Source: an uncultured Oscillospiraceae bacterium (lineage in GTDB: Bacteria; Bacillota; Clostridia; Christensenellales; CAG-138). From it: 56,813 bases of DNA. Positions 44,188 to 53,589 of this stretch are shown piece by piece. The notes under the pieces were generated by a model. The model was not told where the DNA came from and ran no database searches. It worked only from the letters and a program-made list of their open reading frames with translations. Positions within the stretch are counted from its first letter, which is position 1; every line of letters starts with the position of its first letter. The position numbers were made by a program, and so were the translations under genes. The stretch covers positions 1-56,813 of the forward strand of contig CAYZAW010000001.1 in the NCBI GenBank assembly GCA_964476505.1. The letters run 5' to 3'.

Positions 44188-45552
44188 TTATTTCCAAGCG
44201 TCGTCGCCTGCGGCGGCAGCTTGGTCGGCACGGTTTTTATCGATGTTGACCAGCATGGTCATGGCGTCGTTCTGGCCAAGTATCACGTTGGTGATCTCCT
44301 TGCCGATCTCCATCCACTGGGGATTGACGTACTTCACCGCGGTCTGGAAAACGGTGCCGTGGTCGGGATATGCGGCATAGAAGGCCTTGATCTCGTCAGA
44401 ATACTTGTCGTTCGCGCCGGAAATGGGGAGCATGTTGTACTTAGGCACGTTGTCGATCATGTATTGCAGGTTTTCGGGCCGGGCAAGGAACGCCATGTAC
44501 GCCTTGGCGGCATCGATGTTCTTGGAGCCGGAGAACACGAAGCGGGTGGGAACCACCGGGTTCATGTTGAGCGTTTGGTTATCTGCCAGAGGCATTACAA
44601 AGTATCCAACATCCTCCGCCGGGAAGTTCGGGTCAAGTGCGTTTACCTCGGTGGGGAAGCCCTGCTGGCACAGCACCATGGCGTATTTGCCCTCGGCAAA
44701 GTATTTGGCGGCATCGCTAAAGGCGTTGTCCATGTAATTGTCGCCCCAATAGCCGCTGTCTACCATGTCCTTGATCTGCTCTACGATGAGCTTTGCCGTT
44801 GCGCTGTCCGCAAACTTGGCCTGGTTTCCATTGAGCTTAGCGGCCATGCCCGGCTCCTTCTTTTCGATGGCGGGCCCCAATTCGGGGAACCACAGGGTAT
44901 GATGCCAACCGTCGGAAACTGCCTCGTACACAGGCGTTACGCCGGAGGCTAGTATCGCGTCGCAAACTGCTTTGAATTCTGCATAGGTCTTGGGAACCTG
45001 TAAATTGAGCGAACTGAATATCTTCTTGTTATAGGCGATGGCCCAAACGGCGGACGCATCCTGTACCGGCTGGCCGTATACCTTACCGCCCACGGAGACC
45101 TCGGCAGCCGCCAAGGGGTCTAAGCGGGTCGTCCATTCCTCAGCGGAGAGGTCAACTGCGTTCTTTTCCACGTTCAACTGCGAAATGATATCAAACTGGC
45201 CTGCCTGTGAGCCGAACAGATCCGTGCATTCCCCCGTGTTCAGCTTGGTCAGCAGCAGATTGAAATACTGATCGGAAGGTACGATCTGGTAATCCACCTT
45301 GATGCCGGTTTCCTGTGTGAATTTCTCACCCAGCTCGATCTCCGCGTCCATGACCCAGTCTTGGCTGGCCATGTACGTCAGCGTAATGTCTTGCTTTTGT
45401 TCGGGCGCGGCAGCCGGAGCCTCGGGGGCGGCGGCAGGGGCAGGGGCCTCGGCAGGCTCTGCGGCGGCGGGCGCGGGTGCGGGCGCAGCTTGGCAGGCGG
45501 CTAGGCTCATCAGCAGCATAACAGCCAGAATAACGGTTAACAGTTTTTTCAT
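44188..45552 (-). CDS. CUT1 extracellular solute-binding lipoprotein (family 1) with an Ala/Pro-rich tether
   Basis: ATG 45552 lies behind GAGGAGG. Lipobox LAAC, then QAAPAPAPAAAEPAEAPAPAAAPEAPAAAPEQ, then a MalE-like fold. Confidence 0.9.
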   Translation of the reverse strand: MKKLLTVILAVMLLMSLAACQAAPAPAPAAAEPAEAPAPAAAPEAPAAAPEQKQDITLTYMASQDWVMDAEIELGEKFTQETGIKVDYQIVPSDQYFNLLLTKLNTGECTDLFGSQAGQFDIISQLNVEKNAVDLSAEEWTTRLDPLAAAEVSVGGKVYGQPVQDASAVWAIAYNKKIFSSLNLQVPKTYAEFKAVCDAILASGVTPVYEAVSDGWHHTLWFPELGPAIEKKEPGMAAKLNGNQAKFADSATAKLIVEQIKDMVDSGYWGDNYMDNAFSDAAKYFAEGKYAMVLCQQGFPTEVNALDPNFPAEDVGYFVMPLADNQTLNMNPVVPTRFVFSGSKNIDAAKAYMAFLARPENLQYMIDNVPKYNMLPISGANDKYSDEIKAFYAAYPDHGTVFQTAVKYVNPQWMEIGKEITNVILGQNDAMTMLVNIDKNRADQAAAAGDDAWK

Positions 45553-45758
45553 AGCTTCCTCCTCGATTTGACGGTTTAGAATGATAGATGTTTGCTTGTT
45601 GGAAACAGTGGTCTGTAACATAGATTGAGCTCATATCTGTTATGCTGCTATTGTATCCTGCGGTTTTGCCGGTTGGAATGGATATTCCTCGTCAGATTCT
45701 TGTGATTTTTTAACCGTGTGTAACAGCATGCCTGTTCCCTTCCGGCGCATGGAATACC

Positions 45759-45788
45759 TTGACAAACGTTTTACCATCTGTCTAGAAT
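45759..45788 (+). promoter_or_regulatory. Candidate promoter of the sensor kinase operon (TTGACA-18-TAGAAT)
   Basis: Hexamers read directly from the sequence, about 55 nt upstream of ATG 45846. Confidence 0.45.
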
Positions 45789-45845
45789 GAATTGCACAGA
45801 TCCTTTCTTTCGCACACGGCGATACGGCGTTTAGGAGAATCAAGC

Positions 45846-47627
45846 ATGAAACACAGCCGCTCTGTTAGAACTGCATTGTTATTTGGATGCTCCGCCATCA
45901 TCCTGCTTTCTTTTTGCGCCGTGGCTGTGCTGTATATCGCCACAGAGGTGCCAAAGCTCAAGGAGCAGACGCTTGCGGTACTCACGCAGAACAGCAGTGC
46001 CATTGCCTCCGCTATGGACTTGGAGCTGGAGCAGATGAGCACCGTGGCGCTCAACATTGCCTATTCTACGCAGATCAAGGATCACTTTTTTAGCGCGTCT
46101 CTCACCCCGCGGGACTTTCCCACCTCGGAGGACGCGTATATACTAACGGACGTGCTGACCACGCTGATATTTCCAAACCGCCCTGTTGACCAGATCAACC
46201 TGTACGGAAAAAGCGGCGCGGTAGCCTCCTCCGGGCTGTATAACCGCATTGCAAACGGCGACCCGTCGCTGTTGCCGTGGTATGCGGAGGTGACCGCCTC
46301 CCCCAAGCATCAGGCCTTTCTTTTTACCGCCCAAGACCCGATCATCTCCAAATACTCCACCGGCGTTTACGGCAAACAGTTCATTTCCTTTGCCATGCAG
46401 AACTATGATACCTTCAACAATCCCTACGGCTATATCGAGATCAAGCAGCGCTTGAGCCGGGTGATCTCCGCCGCCATAGAATACCGCAGCGTATACGGTG
46501 AAGAGGTGTATATCTTCGACAGCAACGGCACATGCCTTTTCCCGCTTGACGCACAGCCCGACGCTTCGCTGCTGGCATTGATCAATGATCCGGAGGAGCA
46601 GGAGGCGCTATCCTCCGGCGCATATACCGACAAAGACCGCACGGTGTTGTGCATCCCCTCCAAGCGGGGCGGCTTTCAAACCGTGCTGAGCATTGGGGAA
46701 AGCCAACTGCTGCAGCCGGTGCGGGCGTATACGCTCAATATCCTCTCCATTACGGTTGGTGCGCTGATCTTTTCTCTATTGGCAACGTATTTTATTGCCA
46801 GACGAATTACCGCGCCCATCAATGCCCTTTGCGCTCAACTGGGCGAGGTAGACCTGTCTCACGCCGTTGCGCTTTCGCCTGCCGACTCTAAGCTTACGGA
46901 AATAGAAACGCTGTACGATGCGTTTTATCACATGCAGAACAAGCTGAAGGAAAGCGTGGATAAGCAGATGCTTTTGCAGACCCAAGAAATGCAATCCCGC
47001 ATGCTGGCGCTGCAATCCCAAATGAACCCCCACTTTTTGTTCAACAGCTTGGCAGCCATCCAAGCCATGGCAGACGAGGGCATGAACCGGGAGATCACGG
47101 TCATGTGCCAGTCCATGTCCCGCATATTACGCTATATCTCCTCCGACACCGAGCAGGAGGTGTCCGTTAAGGACGAGCTTCGCCATACGGAGGATTACCT
47201 GCTTTGCATGGCCACCCGGTATCAGGGCGATCTGTCTTATACCGTTAACGTGCCGGAGCAGGTGCAGCAATACAAGCTGCCCAAGCTTTGCATCCAGCTG
47301 CTGGCGGAAAACGCCATCAAGTTTACCTCCGCAAAGCGCCCGCCGTATTTCATCAGCATCGAGGGCGATGCGGACGATTCGCATTTTGAGATCACGATCA
47401 CCGATAACGGGCCGGGCTTCTCGGAGGAAACGTTAACGCTTTTGGAAAAGCAGATCGCCACCATCAACGAAACCGGCATACTGCCCTCACTGGAAATTCA
47501 CGGCATGGGGCTGTTGAACGTGTATATCAGGTACTGGCTGCTGCATGGAGACAATGTGATCTTCCGGTTCGGAAACCGAAAAACGGGCGGCGCGTATATC
47601 ACGCTGGGGGAGGTTTTTCATGCCTAA
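45846..47627 (+). CDS. YesM-type sensor histidine kinase
   Basis: Two TM segments flank an extracellular domain of about 270 aa. HAMP domain, then the His_kinase block MNPHFLFNSLAAIQ, then HATPase (DNGPGF). Confidence 0.9.
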   Translation: MKHSRSVRTALLFGCSAIILLSFCAVAVLYIATEVPKLKEQTLAVLTQNSSAIASAMDLELEQMSTVALNIAYSTQIKDHFFSASLTPRDFPTSEDAYILTDVLTTLIFPNRPVDQINLYGKSGAVASSGLYNRIANGDPSLLPWYAEVTASPKHQAFLFTAQDPIISKYSTGVYGKQFISFAMQNYDTFNNPYGYIEIKQRLSRVISAAIEYRSVYGEEVYIFDSNGTCLFPLDAQPDASLLALINDPEEQEALSSGAYTDKDRTVLCIPSKRGGFQTVLSIGESQLLQPVRAYTLNILSITVGALIFSLLATYFIARRITAPINALCAQLGEVDLSHAVALSPADSKLTEIETLYDAFYHMQNKLKESVDKQMLLQTQEMQSRMLALQSQMNPHFLFNSLAAIQAMADEGMNREITVMCQSMSRILRYISSDTEQEVSVKDELRHTEDYLLCMATRYQGDLSYTVNVPEQVQQYKLPKLCIQLLAENAIKFTSAKRPPYFISIEGDADDSHFEITITDNGPGFSEETLTLLEKQIATINETGILPSLEIHGMGLLNVYIRYWLLHGDNVIFRFGNRKTGGAYITLGEVFHA

Positions 47628-48372
47628 AACATTTCGGGTGCTGGTGGTAGACGACGAAAAGCTTATTTGCAAGAACATTGCGCGAAGCATAGAAAAGGCA
47701 AGCACCGCCTTTGAAGTGGTATCGCTGGCGGGAGACGGCTTGGAGGCGTTGGAGCTGGCGCGAAATCTACTGCCGGACGTTGTGTTCAGCGACATCAAAA
47801 TGCCGGAGATGGATGGCATTGCGCTTATCCGCCAGCTGCATCAGGAGATGCCCAGCATCAAAACCGTAATGGTCAGCGGCTATGACGATTTTGAGCTGGC
47901 GCGCTCCGCACTGCGCAATCACGCCATAGACTACCTGTTAAAGCCTGTTAATCCGGAGGACTTGAAGCGCACGCTGCAAAAGCTGGAAAACGACCTGTTG
48001 GCGGAGCAAAAGGCGCTTTTGCCGCGCCGGGAGGACAGCCCGGCGGAGATCGCGGAACGCATCATGGCGTATCTGCGCCATAATTATGCGGAAACCATCG
48101 ATCTAACGCAGTTGGCGCAAAACTATAATTTTTCCTCTGCGTATCTTTCTAAAATCTTTAAGGAGCATGCGGGCGTTTCGCCCGTGCGCTATTTAACGGA
48201 TTACCGCATGAGCATTGCAAAAAAGCTGCTGCAGGGCTCCACGCTGCCGGTAAAAGACGTTGCCATAAAGGTGGGATATCCCGATCCCGTGCATTTTAGC
48301 AAAAGCTTTAAAAATGCCACGGGCGTTACGCCCATAACGTACCGCAGGCAGTTTTCCGAATGCGGCGGATAA
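47620..48372 (+). CDS. YesN-type response regulator (REC + AraC HTH)
   Basis: VLVVDDE...SDIKMPEMDG receiver domain. C-terminal AraC HTH (AYLSKIFKEHAGVSPVRYL). 8-nt overlap with the kinase gene. Confidence 0.9.
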   Translation: MPKTFRVLVVDDEKLICKNIARSIEKASTAFEVVSLAGDGLEALELARNLLPDVVFSDIKMPEMDGIALIRQLHQEMPSIKTVMVSGYDDFELARSALRNHAIDYLLKPVNPEDLKRTLQKLENDLLAEQKALLPRREDSPAEIAERIMAYLRHNYAETIDLTQLAQNYNFSSAYLSKIFKEHAGVSPVRYLTDYRMSIAKKLLQGSTLPVKDVAIKVGYPDPVHFSKSFKNATGVTPITYRRQFSECGG

Positions 48373-48403
48373 CAAGGACGGACGAACGCGCTTTGTTTGC
48401 CGC

Positions 48404-48432
48404 TTGTGCAAGGCGGCAGTACATGCTATGAT
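48404..48432 (+). promoter_or_regulatory. Promoter-like TTGTGC-17-TATGAT
   Basis: Exact 17-nt spacer. It lies between the response regulator stop and the terminator at 48442. Confidence 0.4.
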
Positions 48433-48441
48433 ATCGGTACT

Positions 48442-48483
48442 GGCTTTTTCCGTTTCTGTATCAAACGGAGAGGGCCTTTTTTT
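48442..48483 (+). terminator. Rho-independent terminator (14-bp stem, 7-nt loop, T7 tract)
   Basis: GGCTTTTTCCGTTT-CTGTATC-AAACGGAGAGGGCC followed by TTTTTTT. The RBS GAAGGAG of the next gene starts immediately afterwards. Confidence 0.7.
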
Positions 48484-48497
48484 GAAGGAGCCGGGTT

Positions 48498-49226
48498 ATG
48501 AAGAAGCATGTTTTTTATACGGAGGCCGCATATCTTGCCGGGATGGTATTGATCGCCATGGGCGTTGTATGGATGGAAAAGGCGGATTTCGGCGTTTCCA
48601 TGATCGTAGCGCCGGCATACATCCTGTACCGCTGGATCAACCCCATGTGGAGTACGTTCAGCTTTGGCATGGCGGAATACTGCCTGCAAGCGGTGCTGCT
48701 TGCGGTGCTGGCATTGGCAGTAGGGCGGTTCAAGTTGAGCTATCTGCTGTCCTTTGTAACGGCTGTGCTCTACGGCTTTTTGCTGGACGGGCTAATGGCG
48801 CTGGGCGCTTATCTTCCCTGCAGCGCGGTATGGCAGCGCGTGCTGTATTATGCGCTGGGCGTAACAGCGGGGTCGGCGGGGGTGGCAATGATGTTTCGCA
48901 CGTATCTGCCGCCGGAAGCCTATGAGCTGTTTGTAAAGGAGCTTGCCGGGCGGTTTTGCTGGAACATCCACAAGTGCAAGACCGTGTACGACTGCATCAG
49001 CTGTGCGCTGGGCGTTTTAATGAGCCTGCTGCTGTTTGGTGCGGGCAACTTTGTGGGCGTAAAATGGGGCACGATACTTTGCGCGCTTATAAACGGATTT
49101 GTGATCAGCCTGTTTTCCCGCTGCTATCAAACCCTTTGGACGTTTCAGGACGCGTTTTCATGGCGGACGTTTTTTGATGGGAAGCCGCCCGAGGCGGGGG
49201 ATACGGCAATCAAACAGAACGCTTGA
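48498..49226 (+). CDS. Integral membrane protein (YczE/YitT-like, about 6 TM)
   Basis: Hydrophobic 242-aa ORF with a GAAGGAG RBS. The family call rests on overall topology only. Confidence 0.6.
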   Translation: MKKHVFYTEAAYLAGMVLIAMGVVWMEKADFGVSMIVAPAYILYRWINPMWSTFSFGMAEYCLQAVLLAVLALAVGRFKLSYLLSFVTAVLYGFLLDGLMALGAYLPCSAVWQRVLYYALGVTAGSAGVAMMFRTYLPPEAYELFVKELAGRFCWNIHKCKTVYDCISCALGVLMSLLLFGAGNFVGVKWGTILCALINGFVISLFSRCYQTLWTFQDAFSWRTFFDGKPPEAGDTAIKQNA

Positions 49227-49276
49227 TTTGTGGTATAATCAATACAAAAGAAAACACTGTTAGGAGCAGATAACGC

Positions 49277-50038
49277 ATGGAGAACCAGCCTGCCGGTTTT
49301 ATCACGATCACCCCGGAAAATATAGCCTGCGAGCATCTGTGCTGCATCATCCGCAGCAAAAAGCCCCATCCGGGTGTGGAAGCCAAGCGGGAATGGCTGT
49401 CTGCACGGCTAAGCGAGGGGCATGTTTTTCGGAAGCTGAACGCAAAGGCAACGGTTTTTATTGAGTATGCGCCCCTTGAAACCGCGTGGACGCCCATTAT
49501 AGGAGAGAATTACTACTATATTTACTGCCTGTGGGTCTCCGGCGAATATAAGGGGAAAGGGTACGGCAAAGCGCTCTTGGAATACTGCTTGGCGGACGCA
49601 AAGGAAAAGGGAAAATCCGGCGTTTGCATGTTGGGGGCAAAAAAGCAGAAGGCATGGCTGACGGATCAGGCGTTTGCCAAGGGCTTCGGATTTCAAGCCG
49701 TGGACGAAACGGAAAACGGATATGAGCTGCTGGCGCTTTCCTTTGACGGAACAACGCCGCGCTTTACAAAAAAGGCAAAGGCAGCAGCAATAGAGGATCA
49801 AGCGCTTACGGTGTATTACGATATGCAGTGCCCGTATATGCTGCAAAGCATCGAAACCGTGCGGCAGTACTGCGAGGAGCGGCAGGTTCCCCTGTCGCTG
49901 ATACAGGTAACATCGCTAAAGCAGGCAAAGGAGCTGCCCTGCGTGTTCAATAACTGGGGCGTGTTTTACAAGGGCGCTTTTCAAACGGTGAATTTATTGC
50001 TGGACGTTACGAATATCAAACGGATATTGGAAAAGTAA
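49277..50038 (+). CDS. GNAT N-acetyltransferase with a YoaP-like C-terminal domain
   Basis: GNAT core ...YYIYCLWVSGEYKGKGYGKALLEYCLADAKEKG. C-terminal LTVYYDMQCPYM...NNWGVFYKG is YoaP-like. Extended -10 TGGTATAAT at 49231-49239. Confidence 0.8.
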   Translation: MENQPAGFITITPENIACEHLCCIIRSKKPHPGVEAKREWLSARLSEGHVFRKLNAKATVFIEYAPLETAWTPIIGENYYYIYCLWVSGEYKGKGYGKALLEYCLADAKEKGKSGVCMLGAKKQKAWLTDQAFAKGFGFQAVDETENGYELLALSFDGTTPRFTKKAKAAAIEDQALTVYYDMQCPYMLQSIETVRQYCEERQVPLSLIQVTSLKQAKELPCVFNNWGVFYKGAFQTVNLLLDVTNIKRILEK

Positions 50039-50075
50039 CAGCGGTATAGTAGGCTGTATTGCGATAATAAATATA

Positions 50076-50114
50076 AAAGGGGCTACAGCAAAACGAATAA
50101 GCTGCAGCCTCTTT
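50076..50114. terminator. Stem-loop GGCTACAGC-N11-GCTGCAGCC flanked by A/T runs; better formed on the minus strand
   Basis: On the minus strand the single mismatch becomes a G-U pair and the stem is followed by CCTTTTATATTTATT. It lies between convergent genes. Confidence 0.5.
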
Positions 50115-50133
50115 ATGCGTTCGGTGTTTCGGT

Positions 50134-50304
50134 TTACAGACCCTTGAAGAAGGAGCCTAAGAGCAGCAGGGCGTAGCCGGCTACCACAAACCAATAGTTG
50201 TAATCGGAAACAACGGGGATCTTTACGAAATTTGCCACGATGCCAAGCACGCCCAGAATGAGCGCCAGAATAAAGGTTCCGTTTTTCGGTGCGCTAAGTT
50301 TCAT
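50134..50304 (-). CDS. 56-aa two-helix small membrane protein (not in the supplied ORF track)
   Basis: Translated by hand: MKLSAPKNGTFILALILGVLGIVANFVKIPVVSDYNYWFVVAGYALLLLGSFFKGL*. AAGGAA lies upstream and a terminator-like hairpin downstream. Confidence 0.5.
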   Translation of the reverse strand: MKLSAPKNGTFILALILGVLGIVANFVKIPVVSDYNYWFVVAGYALLLLGSFFKGL

Positions 50305-50445
50305 AATGTATCATTCCTTTCACAAAATAAGTATTTTGTAACTATATTTTAACGCGAATCGGCAATAAAGTAAAGACTTGGGCATTGCGGAAAACCCGCG
50401 ATACATGCATTAATAAAAGCGGCGTTTGCAAAGGCGCTGCTACGG

Positions 50446-51270
50446 TTATTTCATGCTGTTAAGAAGCGCATCAAGCGCATTCTTTGCGTCTGCCGCAAAA
50501 TGGGTTTTTCCGGCCTCCTGTATCACAGCCTGATAGGTATCCTTTGCCAGCCCGTTTTGCTTGCGCCGGGCATAGGCATCTGCCAGCAGCATTTGAATCT
50601 CCAGCCGCCGCAGCTTGATGGGCGTATGAGACAGTACCTCCGAAAGTGCTTTATCGTCTGCCGCTTCTCCCGCTAAAACCAGCAGCCATTGTTCGTACAG
50701 CACAACGGTATTGCGGTAGTTGCGGGCTAAATCCCGGTTCAGCACGGCGGCCTTTTGTAGTACCTCCCGCAAGGAAGAAAGCTCCTGACTGCCCTGCTCC
50801 GCGTCGCCGGATAACAGCGCAAGCTCACAAAGCGTATCGTGAATGAGCGCCTGTACCGCCAAATCGTTTTTAGCGTTGCGGGTGGGAAGGGGGTCTATAA
50901 ACAGCGTTTGCTTTGCAAGCGCGTACTCCCCCTTGGCGGCGTACCCCGCCGCAAGATAGGAGGAGGTAACGGTACGCAGATGGCTGCTTGCAGGGAGTTT
51001 GCCGGGAATACTGCTGTATGTGCTTATGAACCGCTCCGGATCAAGCTCTACGTGCAAAATCCCAAGCAACTTTGCGTTGGCGTTGCTTGCAGCCATGTTG
51101 GCGGTAAGCGTGCTAACAACAAAGCCTAACGCCAATATCAGCACGCAGGTGATCAGGTTCAGCCAAATGGCGGTATTGGGGCGGGTGGATATGACCACCG
51201 CGCAAAGCGCCAGCGAAAGAGCCGTTCCGATGGCAACGATCCATTTAGACGAGCGAAAGCAGCGAATCAT
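50446..51270 (-). CDS. Hypothetical membrane-anchored protein (2 N-terminal TM segments plus a helical, TPR-like C-terminal domain)
   Basis: GGAGG RBS. TM1 WIVAIGTALSLALCAVVI, TM2 LNLITCVLILALGFVVSTL. The remainder is Ala/Leu-rich and helical with no recognisable motif. Confidence 0.6.
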   Translation of the reverse strand: MIRCFRSSKWIVAIGTALSLALCAVVISTRPNTAIWLNLITCVLILALGFVVSTLTANMAASNANAKLLGILHVELDPERFISTYSSIPGKLPASSHLRTVTSSYLAAGYAAKGEYALAKQTLFIDPLPTRNAKNDLAVQALIHDTLCELALLSGDAEQGSQELSSLREVLQKAAVLNRDLARNYRNTVVLYEQWLLVLAGEAADDKALSEVLSHTPIKLRRLEIQMLLADAYARRKQNGLAKDTYQAVIQEAGKTHFAADAKNALDALLNSMK

Positions 51271-51537
51271 TGGGATACCTCCATATTACATTGCGTTTGT
51301 GAAAAACATTTCTAAACACTACCAACATACACATAACCGTACGGAAATACAAGCATTCTTGAGGGAAAAGAGAATTTTGAGTAATCGGCTCAAAATTTCC
51401 CGTGGAAAGACACACGCAAATTGGTATATGTACCAATGCAAAAGAAGGGGAAAGATGCTATATTATAAGAAAACAATGCAAATCAAAAATATACATTTTT
51501 TGGTTTTCGTTATATAGCACATTCTCTTTGGAGCGTA

Positions 51538-52383
51538 ATGAATATGATCAAGCTGACCTGCCTCATGGATAACATGCCATCGGAAAACAAAGCGCTGCGT
51601 GCGGAACACGGGTTGTCCCTTTATATAGAAACGGAGGACGCGTCCTTCTTATTTGACTGCGGCTCCGGGGAAAGCACCGTATTCAACGCGCATAAGCTGG
51701 GGATCGACCTCAAAAACGTACGGTTTACGGTTTGCAGCCACAGCCATTACGACCACGCCGCAGGCTTTCGGGATATGGCGGAGCAGGGCATGGGCGGAAA
51801 AACGCTGTATACCGGCGAGGGCTTCTTTGAACGCAAGTACGCCAATAACGCCCCCAAGTATACAGACCTTTCCTGCGGCTTTACTGCCGATTTTTTACAG
51901 CAGCAGGGCATATCCCAACAGGTAATCACCGGCTGCGAGAAAATCGTGCCCGGCGTGTATGCCATCGGCGGCTTTTCCCGCGGTGTTGCCTTTGAAACGG
52001 TACCCAAGCGCTTCGTAAAGGGAACGCTGCAGGCGTTGACGCCGGATCTGTTCGACGATGAGATATGCCTTGCCATCGATACCGAGCAGGGCATTGTGAT
52101 CGTGGTGGGCTGCTCGCATCCCGGCATATTGAACATTGCAAACACCGTGTATGCGCGCATGCAAAAACCGATCTATGCGATTTTAGGCGGCACCCACCTA
52201 GTGGAGGCGGAGCCCTTGCGCATTCAAAAAACAGTTGCGGCGCTAAAGGAAATGGGGCTTGCGATTCTCGGCCTTTCCCATTGCTCGGGTACGTTGGCGG
52301 AGGAAATGGTAAAGCAGGATGCGGCGGTACAATGCTGCCATCTTGCGGTTGGGGACTGTATTGCGTTTAAGAAACGGCGGTAA
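51538..52383 (+). CDS. MBL-fold metallo-hydrolase (COG1237-like)
   Basis: LTCLMDN...AEHGLSLYIE...FLFDCG...VCSHSHYDHAAG...VGCSHPG pattern. Confidence 0.8.
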   Translation: MNMIKLTCLMDNMPSENKALRAEHGLSLYIETEDASFLFDCGSGESTVFNAHKLGIDLKNVRFTVCSHSHYDHAAGFRDMAEQGMGGKTLYTGEGFFERKYANNAPKYTDLSCGFTADFLQQQGISQQVITGCEKIVPGVYAIGGFSRGVAFETVPKRFVKGTLQALTPDLFDDEICLAIDTEQGIVIVVGCSHPGILNIANTVYARMQKPIYAILGGTHLVEAEPLRIQKTVAALKEMGLAILGLSHCSGTLAEEMVKQDAAVQCCHLAVGDCIAFKKRR

Positions 52384-52386
52384 CAG

Positions 52387-53547
52387 ATGCCAGACACGGA
52401 GTTTTCTAAAATTGCACAGCAGATGGTGGAGGCCACATCGTCTCTGGTAAGCGGCCGCACGGTAAACATTATGGATACCGACGGTATCATTATTGCGTCC
52501 ACGGAGAAGGAGCGCATCGGCACACTGCACAGCGGTGCTGCCATTGCCATCAAAACAGGGCGACCGGTGGCAATCGAAAAAGAGCAGGTCTCCCAATATC
52601 CCGGCACAAAAGAGGGCTGCAACATGCCCATGTACAGCGGCGGAAAAATACTGGGCGTTGTGGGTATTTACGGCAATCCTGCGGAGGTTTCGGATACGGC
52701 AAGGCTGCTTGGCGCTTACACGGTGCAGTATTTCGAGCATAACGCGCATTTGCAGCAGCAAATGGTGGAAAACGAGCTTAGAAACAAGCTCATCAGCCTG
52801 CTTTTGAACCTCAATGCGGAGGAAAGCGGCAACGCCGTAACGCTGATGAAGGCGCTGCATATCAAGCTGTCCTTTCCGGTACGCATCATTATGATCAGCA
52901 TGCGGGACGAGTTGGATACCATAGGCAGCCTGCACATCTTCAACCCCATACTGACCCAGCTGCGCACACAGGGGTATTTGATACCCGAGCGGGATATCTG
53001 GGGCGTTCACGACAATCGAATCACTGTGATCAAAAGCGATATGGACGGCAACGATCAGCAGCGGCTGGCGCATGTAAAAGCGCTGCTTGAGGAGTCCTCT
53101 AAGCTGCCCTTCCGCATTTGTGCGGGGTATATATGCAACGGCTTGGAGCAGATCCAGCAGTCTGCCGCGGAGGCCGCCGCCCTGTTAGAGGCGGGAAGCG
53201 GCGAATTGCAGGATATGACGGACCCCGCCTGCTTTGTGCGGTATTTGATGTACCGGGCGGAGCGCAATAACGGCGTATATGTAACGGCGCTGTACAACAG
53301 GCTGGTGCAAAACCTCGGGAAAAAGGAAGTAAACGTTGCGCTGCATACGGCAGACAGCTACTATAACGCGCAGGGCAGCGTGACCCGGGCGGCGGAGGCG
53401 CTGCACATCCATAAAAACACGCTGCAATACCGCATTCGGCGTGTATGGGATGCCCTTGGCATTGCGGACTTGAACCCGTTCGAGCGCGAGGTTCTGGTAC
53501 GGCTTTGCATCGGCTGCCATCAGCGAACACAAGCATCGGCGGAATAA
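52387..53547 (+). CDS. CdaR/PucR-family sugar-diacid regulator
   Basis: N-terminal diacid-recognition block (VNIMDTDGIIIASTEKERIGTLHSGA) and C-terminal PucR HTH (AAEALHIHKNTLQYRIRRV). Confidence 0.85.
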   Translation: MPDTEFSKIAQQMVEATSSLVSGRTVNIMDTDGIIIASTEKERIGTLHSGAAIAIKTGRPVAIEKEQVSQYPGTKEGCNMPMYSGGKILGVVGIYGNPAEVSDTARLLGAYTVQYFEHNAHLQQQMVENELRNKLISLLLNLNAEESGNAVTLMKALHIKLSFPVRIIMISMRDELDTIGSLHIFNPILTQLRTQGYLIPERDIWGVHDNRITVIKSDMDGNDQQRLAHVKALLEESSKLPFRICAGYICNGLEQIQQSAAEAAALLEAGSGELQDMTDPACFVRYLMYRAERNNGVYVTALYNRLVQNLGKKEVNVALHTADSYYNAQGSVTRAAEALHIHKNTLQYRIRRVWDALGIADLNPFEREVLVRLCIGCHQRTQASAE

Positions 53548-53589
53548 ATCCCAAGCGGGTTTATTATAAAAAACATAGGGGGTAACACC

